DNA of 64,000 nucleotides from Chlorokybus atmophyticus. Its lineage: Eukaryota > Plantae > Mesostigma and Chlorokybus algae. The stretch is taken from assembly GCA_009103225.1 (NCBI GenBank), contig RHPI01002112.1, positions 342,150 through 406,149 on the forward strand. The letters are read 5' to 3'. Shown here piece after piece: positions 36,801 through 49,000 of this stretch (the stretch's first letter is position 1; each line of letters begins with the position of its first letter). The notes under the pieces were generated by a model. It saw only the letters and a list, made by a program, of their open reading frames with translations. It did not search any database and was not told where the DNA came from. A program made the position numbers and the translations under genes.

Positions 36801-39401
36801 ACAAGTTATATATACTGTGTTGTACACGCTATGCTGTATTACCAAAAAAGGTGCTGCTACACCATTGCGAGACGCATTTGTCACACAGCAGTATGTTGCA
36901 TATCATGTAACACATTGTTATGCTGACACTATGTGACTGTGTGCACACTGTATGTACCTTACACACCAGGTGACATGGCGGGTTCGATCTTCACCCTTGG
37001 AAAGCTCCTCGAGCCCGTCGACAAGGACACTCACAATCACAAGGGCAAGGACAAGGAGAACGGGTCGGGCGGCAAGAACTGGGCGGCGGAGGTGGCGGAG
37101 AGGACCATGGTGCTGACGACCGAGAAGGAAAAGCTGGCGCTGAGGGCGGAGAGCGCGGAGGACTTGGCGGCGTGGATGCCCCACCTGTGCATCAAAGTGG
37201 GTATCTGTGGACACGTGATCATTCAGTCTTGCACTCGCGCACACACATACTTTCACGTGTGCGTGACACGAACATGTGTACCTACGCGCGTGGTCACACA
37301 CGTACATGCACACCCAATGTACAGTTACACGCAGCGCAACATATCCCATTCGAGCGTGTCCGCAGCACATCTGAACTTGTATCCCTATTCCCCCCCCCTT
37401 CTCTCTCAGGTCGCTGAGCTCCGTTACCTCGACTCCCTCCGCGGCTCCCCCCCCGACCCCATACTCCTCTCCGCCCTCCGTGCCGACCGCAACTCCACCG
37501 TCCTGCGTGTGGATCGCGCGCGGGACGGGGGAGCGGCGGCGCTCGCGGTCGCGGAACCGATGAGGTGGAACAAGGGCCTGGTGACGTTCTCGGCGCGGGA
37601 GTGCGGGTTCGGGGACCTACAGATGCAGCTGCTCCACGCACCCCTGACAGCGGCGGCCTCACGCAACACCCTCACCGTCATCGACCTGAGCGTGAGTGCT
37701 TGTCTGTGTATGCAAGCACCCACCCACCCACCCACCCACCCACCATCCATCCTCACCCCCCCCTCTCCCCTCTCAGGGCAACAGCCTCGGTCCCAAGGGC
37801 GCCTCCGCCCTCGGTTCCGCCCTCAAGTCCTCCTCCTCCCTCCGCGAGCTGCTGCTGGAGCGCAACGCCATCGGGGACGCGGGACTGGCGGCCCTCGCGG
37901 CGTACTTGTTCCAGGGAGGGGTGGCGAGAACGCTGGAGAGGTTGGGATTGGGGGATAACCGCATAGGGGACCAGGTGGGTGGGAGGGTGGGTGTTTCTGT
38001 CTTGCTGTGCGTGCGTGCGTGCGTATAGACTTGCGTCCGCATGTTACCAACCTGTTAGTTGCTGTCTTTCTAGGGTGTGTCGAAGCTGCTGGAGTGTGTC
38101 GAGTCCAGCGCCCCCGGCGAGCACGCCCTCACCGCCATCGAACTAGCCCAGAACGACATCGGCGACGTCGGCGCAACCGCAGTAAGACTATGCCAAGCTC
38201 CCCCAACCCCACCCACCCCACCCAACATCCCGCTAACCTCACCTCCCCCCTCTCTCCAGCTCTCCCGCCTCATCCTCCTCCCCGGCACCCGCATCTCCAC
38301 CCTCAACCTCCACTCCAACAGCATCTCCTGCGACGGCGCTGTCGCCATCGCTCACGCAGCGGAGTCCCAATGGGACGCCGCCTGCACCGCCCACAAGAAG
38401 GGTGAACATGTTGTCGTGTTCCCTCTGAAGAAGGTGGTGCTGAGCTGCAATCGAGTGGGGATGAGGGGAGCGGAGGCGCTCGGGAGAGCCTTCCATCGGG
38501 GGTTCGTGGAAGGGGTGGATGTGGGAGGGAATGCGGCAATGACGGGGGAGGCGGCACGGGCGCTGCTGTTTGGAGGAAACATCAACAACAATACCACACA
38601 TTCTGTTGGCGCATCTTCCGCGCTCACCGTCACGGCGCTGGCACTCATGAGGTGTGTGAGTCGCATGTACAAGGGTTGGCACATGTTGTGAAGTGCGATA
38701 CAACCAAGATAGCATTGAAAAAGTGCAGAAGTGTGACACAACCGGATGATGATGTTGTGTAACAACATTCTACCAGCAGCATCAATCCTTTCTTGGTACA
38801 CGTGTGTGACTCAACATGCACTTGTGCTGATTATCAACATCCCCCCTTTCTTCCAGATCTCCCTCCAACGTCGACAGCCCTCCCCCTCCCCCTCTCCCAA
38901 CACCCACCCCCACCCTCCCCGCTCCCGTCCCCGCCGCCCCGAAGATGCTCTTATCGCCCGCAAACAACAACAACAACAACTCCAGGCACACCCACGGCGG
39001 CGCGCGAGAGGATGGAGGGGAGGGGGAGGAGGGGGGAAGCACGAGGGGGAAGAGGGGGTCGAAGCGGCCGGATGATGATGCGGGTAACTGAAGACAATGT
39101 TGGGATTGATGTCGGTGTTGTTGTCGTTGAGGGCACGGGTGTATGCAGGAGTGCGCGTGCATGCGTGTGGGGGTGTGGGAGTGCATGTGTGCATGCGCCC
39201 ACATGCGTGCGTGCGTGAGAGTGCCTGCATGTGCTTGTGCATGCTCGTGGGTATATAATCGTAAACGACTGACCCCAACTTGTGCCAGACCCGGGGAAGA
39301 TGTCGGAGGCCTACTCGATTGCAGCGGCCATGAGCGCAATGGCGTCCGCGGCGGCTCAGCGTGTTCGCGCACGCCAGCAGCAGCAACAGGAGGAAGAGTG
39401 A
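33884..39401 (+). CDS. Large cytoskeletal/membrane adaptor: Pro-rich region, actinin/filamin-type CH domain, coiled coil, PH domain, RNI-like LRRs
   Basis: In-frame exons give VLAWANGHL...DFADGVR|LVNLVEM...RRYHARPTLQIKK|IENVNLAL...ISAEDIVNG|NERATAGLLWHLLRHY (CH1), RERFLQWCE, QVDELESEVDDLRLEL (coiled coil), VVHQGWMWK...WKRRW|FVM.GATLHYY...LALRAESAEDLAAW (PH), and DLS|GNSLGPKGA, LERNAIGDAG, LGDNRIGDQG, LAQNDIGDVG, LHSNSISCDG (LRR_RI). Start and last exons are inferred. Confidence 0.8.
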
Positions 39402-39848
39402 TGGACGGTGTACAACATGCGTGAAAGTTCCAATCCCAAGACATGTTCGGTACATCCTCTACGAAGGCGTACGTGAGGCGTGAGGCGACACGCGAATATG
39501 TGATTGGATAGTTCTAGGTTAGGCATTGATTGAGGAGTTCTGGTGATGTCTGGTCATGACTGTATCATACATTGTTGAGAGGACCTTCCCCTCCATGTTC
39601 TACCAGGGACGTACACGGATCGTCCAAGCGCTGCACATGCACATGCGCACACAGGCACACACATGCTGTTGCGCACTTCACGTGTGGTTGAGCAGCGTAA
39701 AGGTTGGGCTTGATCTGCAAAACAACAACGCGAAGCTGTCCTTGCCACACCTCACGTGGCATCTACACATACTGATACTTACAGTCCCATCCTCAAGTCC
39801 ACAAGCAACTGCAAGCCATCGAATCCCTACAGGCAACGCAATGCGTGT

Positions 39849-42287
39849 TCACACGGGCAGCGTGAAGTGCGCCTCATGATAGTCCACGCCGCGCACGGGG
39901 ATGCCCTTGTCGTTCACGTAGATGTTGCGGTACAGCTCCTTGTCTTCGGGAAACGGCGCCTCCTGCATTACAAAAAAATGGCTGGGTTGGGACATGCTAT
40001 ATACAAACAATGCAAACACACTGAGTGCTAGGCAAGCAACATGCCCTCCCTCACCTTTGCTTTCTTGATGGCATCCTCCACCTCTTGCTTGACCTCCTTC
40101 ATGACGTCCTTGAGCTCCTCCTCAGTGGCGAAGTTGTTGTCCAGCAGCAGCTTTCTTACCCTCTCGATCGGATCATGCCCCTGAGAGTAAGTGCTCATCA
40201 GCGCAAGCACATACAGCACATACATACACATGCGCACGTTGCCAACAGCAATCTTTGGTGTACTCCCTCACCTCCCGCCACTCTTGTATCTCCTTGCGCT
40301 GGCGATACAAACCCGGGTCGCTCATGCTGTGAGGATGGTAGCGGTACGTGTTTAACTCCAGAACCTGCGATGTGCGAGTGGGTGTGTGCGCGTGCATGTG
40401 CAACCGCGCATGCCGTTGCAATAGACTCTTGCGTCAACTCACTCCACATTCATTCAAGGCACCAACACGACACAACATCCACTCACAATGGGTCCGTTCT
40501 CCAGCACGAAGCTCTTGGCGAATCCGAATGCCTGCTTGACGGCGAGCGGGTCCATGCCGTCCACCTTGATGCCGGGGATGTAGTGGCCGCGCGTGTAGAA
40601 ACGGGGGTCGGCGGCGGAACGCTTGATTGAGGTGCCCATGCCTGAATTGGGGTGGTGTTGGGGTGAGTGGTGGTTGGATGCTTAAGGTATGGGGAGGTAA
40701 GGAACATACCGTATTGGTTGTTCTCGCAGGTGTAGATGACGGGGAGCTTCCACAGCGCCGCCATGTTCATCGCCTCCGCTAGCTGTTGGATACCATAAAC
40801 ACCACATCACCACGTGCGCAACTGAGCAACTCGATGACCCCTCCAGCCCGCTACTCGAGTGTGTATCACGCGTGTTTATGGGTGTGCATCTCTCACCATC
40901 TTCTCACCTGTCCTTGCTGGGCAGCGCCATCACCGTACATCGTCACGCTCACATTCTACAACAGAGACAAGGTGTTGTCGTATCAGAGTCACCTCACAAG
41001 AGAAAGCGCACACACACTCCCTCTCCCACCCACCTGTTGTCCCCTATACTTATGCGCGAACGCCAGTCCCGTCCCGAGCGGGCACTGCGACCCGACGATC
41101 CCCCACCCTCCATACATCCCGTTCTCCCTTTTATACAGATGCATGGACCCGCCTTTGCCCCGAGCCGCACCCGTGGACTTGCCAAGAAGCTCCGCCATAA
41201 CCTGGGGAAGGAGTGGTGTGAGTGTGTGGGTGGGTGTGGGTGAGTGTGGGGAGGCGGGGGNGGGGGGGGGGGGAGAGAGAGAGTGTGTCTTACTGCTTCT
41301 ACGGTGCCGCCGCGTGCGATGTAGATGGCGTGGTCGCGGTAGGCGGTGATGACGGCGTCGTCCCACGTCAGGGCGGACTCCATGCCGGCGGGAACCTGCG
41401 AGTGGAGTTGGTTTGTTGTGGTAGGCACAACATAACCACACTTCATATTGCTCGTGTGACCCATAACACCAACATTGCGAGATACAAGACACACTGGACG
41501 GGGTCACTTGCACGAGCATGGGCTGGCTAGCAACTGCAGGATAGAGGTGGCACACATGCAGCGACCAAGCGATCACGCCATCCATTAGTCATGTGACTGA
41601 TGATCGCATGAGGGGAGTCAGGTGTTCTCGGGCGTGCGCACGTGTGAGAAAGCCCGAGAACACACCTGGGTGCGTGTGCGTGCGTGTGATGCATATGCAC
41701 ATGTACGTTATGGGTGCGAGGGTGGAGGCGTGCGTGCGTGTACGGGTGCAAGTGTGCATGCTCTTACGCGCGTGCATGCGTGCTTGCGTGTGTCTGCGCC
41801 ACACAGTGTGCACATGTGCGTTGCGCAACAAACGGCAATATCACTCAATATCACTCACCGCTTCCTGCCCGTCGTACAGGTGACAAAACCCCCTGATCTC
41901 CCTGTTCTTATACAGCATGTCCGCCCTGATCTCCATGGTTCTCATGACGTTCATGGCGCGGAACCAGCGCGACAGCTCCGACCGACTCGTCTGCACCCGC
42001 GTGCCGAGAACATCTTTGTCCAAGAGATAAGTGTCATACGGGCGAAGGAGATCCACCTCAAGGAGGTCGTCGGAGTCGTCGTGGGAGGGGGAGGGGGAAG
42101 CAGAGGAGGCTGATGCGGTTGACAAGAGGCGGAGGTTGGGCTGTGTGGAGAGAAGAGAGGTGGAGTGTTGGCACTTGTGGGCAGCGTGCACAGGCGTGCA
42201 TGAGAACACGTAGATGAAACAGACACTTGTACTCGTGTACGAGCGTGCACGCGGGCGCGTGGCAGGGGTACGGGCATGTAGCGCACG

Positions 42288-42376
<89 letters not shown>

Positions 42377-42469
42377 GTATCGTTTTGTCATCCTTGCCTG
42401 TTGGTGAGCTGAGGAGCGACTGCTTGTGGATAGAAGCGCCCGTGCGACGCTTCGCGCCAGCGGTAACAT
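39849..42469 (-). CDS. PDHA: Divergent pyruvate dehydrogenase E1 alpha paralog, reading frame intact
   Basis: ATG at 42469 with an R/S-rich presequence. Motifs [62 protein letters not shown] and [14 protein letters not shown] at 39849-39851. I found no stop or frameshift across the spliced exons. Confidence 0.88.
42290..42374. repeat. (GA)n microsatellite in intron 1 of the divergent PDHA
   Basis: About 42 units. A shorter (CT)n tract sits at the homologous position of the pseudogene (~26645-26675). Confidence 0.95.
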
Positions 42470-43386
42470 CGTCGCCAACCTCTTCCGCTTGCTTTAGTCC
42501 AGTCCTTCTGCCTCCTTTGACCGCCCCTACCGAGAGCGGCTGCGTTCGCACCCCGCTTGCACTCTCCCCTCAAGCGCCTATCTGGTTCTTTCTTTGTCTA
42601 GTCGTCTACTTTCTTTCAACTTTGATCTGCATACACGCGAGTTTGATGAACTGGTAACGCGTCGACTAGAAACTTGCCTGCAAGCGACAAGCGGAGATTA
42701 TGTGGGTGTCGCGACGTGCGGGCAATTGCTCACTGACTGCTGAGTATCGTAGAGAAGTAAAGATACCACAGAATGAGGTGATGTTTGGCAAGCCAACATG
42801 TTGAGGAAAGCGATGAAAGTCGAGTCGAGTGCACGAGGGGCAGGTTGCATGCATGTACTGGATTGCCTGTTAGCAATGATTCCTCACTGTTGAACCGTCT
42901 ATGGCACATTCACAGCTGGTTTCAACACAACATCATGCACGTAAAAACTGGCGTTCAGCATGCATGCATGCATGTGTGCTTGCAGTTGGTACAGGTCTCG
43001 ACCGCAATGCAGAGATGTTGTACTCACGCATATCCACACAAACGCACATCAAGCATGCAGTAAGCGCATACATTGACGAGTCCCACGCCTTCTCGCTCCA
43101 CGAGTCCAGATAAGACGCCAGGCTGCACCACACCAGACCAGACCGGACCAGGCCAAAGCGAAACGTACCAGGCCTGGCTGCTGACGTAAGCAGGCTGATC
43201 AGGATCTCTCTCTTACCACTTGTGCGTCCGCAGCACAAGCAGTGCGATTAGCACAAGCACAGCACTTGTGCGCCGCACAAGCGCTGGCCTGGGACCAGAC
43301 CAAGCCCAGGCCAGAGCAAGCGGCGGCGGCGGCGGCGAGAAAGGAGGGGGAGGAGGGGGAGGAGAGAGACCAGGAAGGACACGTAG

Positions 43387-45681
43387 ATGGTGGTGTTTAC
43401 TGCGGAGGATGCGGTGGCGCTGGCGGGGGTGGCGACGGCGGGGGAGGTGACGAGGCTGGACCTGGCGGGGAGGGACATCCACGAGGTGGGCCCGCCCACC
43501 TGTGTTTGATGCAGTGCTGACTAGATAGATGTACACGTGTGTTGCATCTACAAGTTTTGTACGATGTGCGCCACCCCACAAAAGCCCCGTTGCATGAAAC
43601 GGTACGTTATTTTGACGGTTGTCACGCAGAGATTGCATGTCATGTAGGTTTGCATTATGACGCGACAATTGGCAAGTGTCGGCACATGCCCTGACACGTG
43701 CTTGTGCTGTTAACTTGACGCACATCGTATGACAATGCGTCATGTATTGTTACGAAGCATTTGTTGAACCAATGCATGCGGCTGGTGATTTGGTGTAAGA
43801 CAAACTCAAACTTTCATTGCCATCCTGCTCATGACCTCTTTGTCCTCTTGCAATAATGCATATATGCTTCGCAGGTCTCACTGGCCTCCCTGACGTCCCT
43901 CACCCGCCTGTCCCTCGCCCGCAACCGCCTTTCCTCCCTCCTGCTCTCCCCCTCATCATCTAAGTCATCCTCCTCGACGTCAGCCACGTCGGCGCTGCCG
44001 CCGTCCCTCACGTGGCTGGACGTGTCCAACAACCAGCTCACGTTGCTCGACGGCATTCAACACCTCACCTCCCTCACGGTGAGTACACATACAAGCACGT
44101 GCATCTGCATAGGTACATGCGCGCGCATCAAGACACAAACATGCACGAGCACGTACGCACGCACGCACACACACAGGCAGGCCGGCATGCGCTCGCATGT
44201 GCACTTTCACCCCCATGTCGCTTGTGCGAGTGTGTGCACGTGTGGGCGCGTGTGGGCGCGCATACCCGCTCGTGTGCACGCGCACGCGCACGCGCACGCA
44301 TCTCTCGGTTGCAGTTGACTCACCACACCCACCCCTCATTTCCGCAGGTCCTGAACATCGCCCACAACTCCCTCCCCTCCCTCTCCCCTCTCCGCCTCCT
44401 CCCCTCCCTCCGCGCCCTCCTCGCCAACAACAACCGCCTCTCCACCTCCCCCTTCCCCTTACTCAACTCCAAACTCCACACCCTCGTCCTGAGCCACAAC
44501 GGCATCAGCGCGGGTGTGGGGGATGCTCTGAAGGAGCAGAGCGAGTTGGTGAAATTGTCGCTGAGTTACAATGAGATCGGGGAGGTGGGGGAGAAGGAGT
44601 TGGAGGAGTGTAAGGGGAGTCTCGTGGAGCTGAGACTGGCGCACAACAGGATGGAGGTGAGTGAGTGTGGTTGGGGGAGTGGGTGGCGGGCACGAGTGCA
44701 CGCGCGCTTGTGATCAATATCCATTCATGTACACATACAGTTCCTCCCCCCCTCCCTGTCCCTCCTCTCCCGCCTCCGCATCCTCGACCTCGGCCACAAC
44801 CGCATCTCCTCTCTCGCGCCCGCCTCCGCACGGGTGCTGGCGGCCCTGGCGCGACCGAGCGGGGAACTGCGGAACCTCAACCTGGCGGGGAATGGGTGCG
44901 CGGGGGCGGAAGATCACCGGGAGAAGGTAGGTGGGGTGGGAGAGTTGTGTTTCGGTTGTTGGGCACCTGTTGAGTTGGTTGGTCGAGTCGTGTGGGTGTG
45001 TCTTTTGTTGGTCAGGTGTTGGCGATTGTGCCCGGGTTGGAGGTGTTGGACGGGCATCGGATCATTGGCGGCCAGGATGGCAAAAGGAAGGCCAGAGATA
45101 CAGACAAGGACAAGGAGCACGCTCGGCGTAAGGACAGGGATGAGGTCCAGGAGGAAGAGGAGAAAGTCAAGGACACTGTGAAGGCCAAGGGCAAAGGCAA
45201 TGACAAGGATGAGGCCAGAGGCAATGGCAGGCCCGATCCCGCGCGCAAGCGCAAGAAACCAGTGAGAGAAGACCGGACGACACACGACAACGAGGGCGAC
45301 GTCGACGATGATGCGTTGGATGAAGAGCAGTTCCTCTCCACAGCAGCAGCGCAGCCCGCCCCCTCTCATCACAACAACAACAACAACAAGCCCACAACCA
45401 AAAAGGCCCGCGCCGCGTCCGGCGTGGTGGCCGTGAAGACCGTCACGAACGCGAAGGCGCACAACAAGGAGCGGGACGGGGGGCTCCGCGGCAAGGGAGC
45501 GGTGGCGGAGCTGGTGCGGGCGCTGTCGGCGATGCGGGAGGGGGAGGTTGGGGCGGGAGGGAGGTCAGCGTGGGACGATGAGGAGGAGGAGGGGGAGGGG
45601 AAGGAGGAGGAGGGTGAAAGGGAGAAGAGGCAGGGGAAGGGGGAGAAGGTTAGGGTGCACAAGCGGAGTAGAGAGTGGTGA
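43387..45681 (+). CDS. SDS22/pprA-like LRR protein with LRRcap and charged tail (At5g22320-like)
   Basis: VTRLDLAGRDIHE|...WLDVSNNQLTLLDGIQHLTSLT|VLNIAHN..LRALLANNN..LHTLVLSHN..LVKLSLSYN..ELRLAHN|..ILDLGHN..LNLAGN|VLAIVPGLEVLDGHRI, a K/D/E-rich tail, GVVAVK and GGRSAWD. Confidence 0.8.
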
Positions 45682-46039
45682 GGTGACAGGGGAGACTTAG
45701 AGGGAGCTGTGGTGGGGTCAATGGCTCGTTGATCCCCACTGCTGCTGGTTGTGTGCATGTGAGTTGTACTTTGCTTGTGTATATGAACAGGTCGGACAGG
45801 TTGGCAATGGTTCATCATCTCAGTCGACTCTGTTGTGGATGCGTCCAGAAAATCCTTGCGTGTGCTTCGTGTGGTGCGCTGCATGTTGTGTGGTACACTA
45901 CATTATGAGATACTGTTACAAAGCTAACCCTATTATTTCTACCAACCATACCGCCTTCATCATCACATGTTGCATTGGTCAAATTGCATTCTCCAGTGGT
46001 GCCCCTTGAAGAGGGGTATATATTGCCCAGTTTCCCTCT

Positions 46040-49000
46040 TCAAGCCTGTGCGGCGGGCGGCATCATGAGCAGGGCCGACTCCGGCGCATATGAGAACCCC
46101 TCGAAGTGGTGCGCCAGGTGGCTGCTCTCCACGTAGCTGTCCTGAGGCACCTCGCTCGTGAAGCCCTCGTCGAAGTTGGACACGTCCTCCTCAGACTGCA
46201 GGAGAATGAAACAGCCAGTATGTGTCATCACTCGTGATGGTGAGCAGAAGGGATCATGGCGAGGAGGAACACGCGTGTGTGCGTATGCGATGATGTGTGT
46301 GCGCGCCCATGCACTCGCATGCAAACAAGCAGATGCGCACACTCATGCGCAAGCCCTCACTTGCCCACGCACACGCTGACACACAACCACCACATCCCCT
46401 CCTCCCGCCCACACCCCTCACCCACCTGTATCTTCGGTCTGAACGGCGCGGGCACTTCCATCCTCATCATCGCCTCCCACTCCACCCCCTCGAAGAACGG
46501 GTGCGTCTTGATGTCCTCCGCGTCGTCGGGACCACCTCCAAGCCGGCTCTCCGGATCCCTGTCAAGGAGCTGTGGAGGCACACAGAGGGGTGAGGATGTT
46601 GGGTAAATAGTGGTAGTGGTCGTGGTAGTGGTAGTGGTAGTATCAGACAACATCACACCTTGGTCAGGATGTCTATGGCGGCCGGGGGGGTAAAGGGGGG
46701 GAAGTGGAGGGGGGCGCGGAGGATCTTGGCGTACATCGACTGCATGTTGGTGTCGTAGAAGGGGGGCTGTGTGACCAAGCGATCACGCCATCCATTAGTC
46801 ATGTGACTGATGATCGCATGAGNNNNNNNNNNNNNNNNNNNNNNNNNNNNNNNNNNNNNNNNNNNNNNNNNNNNNNNNNNNNNNNNNNNNNNNNNNNNNN
46901 NNNNNNNNNNNNNNNNNNNNNNNNNNNNNNNNNNNNNNNNNNNNNNNNNNNNNNNNNNNNNNNNNNNNNNNNNNNNNNNNNNNNNNNNNNNNNNNNNNNN
47001 NNNNNNNNNNNNNNNNNNNNNNNNNNNNNNNNNNNNNNNNNNNNNNNNNNNNNNNNNNNNNNNNNNNNNNNNNNNNNNNNNNNNNNNNNNNNNNNNNNNN
47101 NNNNNNNNNNNNNNNNNNNNNNNNNNNNNNNNNNNNNNNNNNNNNNNNNNNNNNNNNNNNNNNNNNNNNNNNNNNNNNNNNNNNNNNNNNNNNNNNNNNN
47201 NNNNNNNNNNNNNNNNNNNNNNNNNNNNNNNNNNNNNNNNNNNNNNNNNNNNNNNNNNNNNNNNNNNNNNNNNNNNNNNNNNNNNNNNNNNNNNNNNNNN
47301 NNGGGGGGGGAGCACATAAGCGTGCATTGCGCAGTTAGCGGGAGCAGTGGCGGTGCGTGTGTGCGCAAAAGTGTGTAAGGTTGTGTGCGTGGTTATGCGT
47401 GCATCTGTGTGCGTGGTTATGCGTGCATCTGTGGGTGTGGGTGGGTGGGTGGGTGGGTGTCTGCGCACGCGCGCATGCGTGCGTGCATGTGTGTGCGTGA
47501 ATGTGCATACATATGTGTATGTGCGTGTGCTGCACGTTTGTGTATGTGTGTGTGCTGCACGTGTGCACGCGTACCAGCCCGGACAACATCTCATACAGCA
47601 GAGTCCCGAAGCTCCACCAGTCCGCCGCGCGGCCGTGGCCCTCACCCGCAAGTATCTCAGGCGCTGGGGTGGGGAGAGAGCAGAGCGTAACAGATATATT
47701 GAGGGCGACATCCTCGTCAGGTAACTACACATGCACACAACACACGCCCAACAGCTATACCGAGGTACTCGGGCGTGCCGCAGAACGTCGTCGCGGACGA
47801 GTTGTCAGCGATGCCACCCTTCGCCAGCCCAAAGTCTGTCAGATGGATGTGCCCTGAAGCATTCAACCAAACACGTGAGCATCAACCCAACATGCGCGTT
47901 CCGTGTTAGCCTCTGCGTGTGTTGTCGTACCCGCGGCGTCGAGCAGGATGTTCTCGGGCTTGAGGTCCCGGTATATGATGCCGAGGGAGTGGAGGTGACC
48001 CACAGCCAGGACCATCTCCGCGGCGTAGGAACGGGCGCGGTCCACGTCGAAGCAACCCGCGTTCTGAGAGACAGAGCGAGTAGGTGTTTGTGTTGGTTTA
48101 TGTGTGTTTGCAAGCATTGCAGCCAACATTGTTGGCTGCAATGCGTGCGCTTGTATTGGAGTGCTTTGGGTTGCGTGCGTGCGTGCGTGTGTCGGAGTGC
48201 GCGCGTAAGTGTTCAGGTGTGGCGGTGCGTATGTGTGCGCCTGAGTGCGTGTGCGTGTACATGCGCGTGCATGTATTTGTATGCGTGCCTTGAGGTGGAA
48301 GAAGAGCTCCCCGCCGTTGAGGTAGTCCAGCACCAGGTACAGCTTGTGCTCCGTCTGGAAGGCGTACCGCAGCCCCACCAGGTACGGATGCTGCACCGCC
48401 TGTCCCACGCAACAACCCAACATACCACATCACCACCAACCATCACACACACACCCAACATCGTCATCAACATGCACTTGCCTGGAGGATGTGGCGTTCG
48501 GTGAGGGTGTGCTCGCGCTGTCCCTTGACGGCGATGTGTTGCTTGGACAGGACCTTCATCGCGTAGATGCCGTGGGCGCCCTCGGTGCCCTTTTTCCTCA
48601 CCAACATCACCTGCACGCGTGTGTGTAGGTGTTGTGTCAGCAATACATAAGTTGAGAACATGAGCTTGGTTGGTGTGAGATGACTACTGCGTGCTGTTGT
48701 GTGCATGTGTGTGTACAGAACAGACCTTGCCGAAGGAGCCCTTGCCCAGCACGCGTAGCAGCTCAAAGTCGTCCTTGCTCACCTTCTCCTTGCCTTGGGT
48801 GTAGCACATCTCCTGCGGGTGACACCACAACAGGCATGCTTAAGCAAGAGCAATTGCTGCCCACAGACGTGCAGGCACGCACATGTACATGCACGTGTTC
48901 CGCACACGCCCCCCCCCCCGAAAGCATCTAAGTAGGAAGCCCACCTCAAGATGAGTGCTCNGTACAACACAGCTATTGTATGCATGTTCATTTGCATTAA

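Noticed and set aside
41841-42657. Long ORFs with LSLSLS/RERERE runs, and similar HAHA/CVCV ORFs throughout the track
   Set aside because: These are translations of microsatellites and alternating RY intron tracts, or antisense shadows of real exons.
46653-47738. Long ORFs crossing N gaps (also 54335-55465)
   Set aside because: Their length is an artefact of N runs lacking stop codons.
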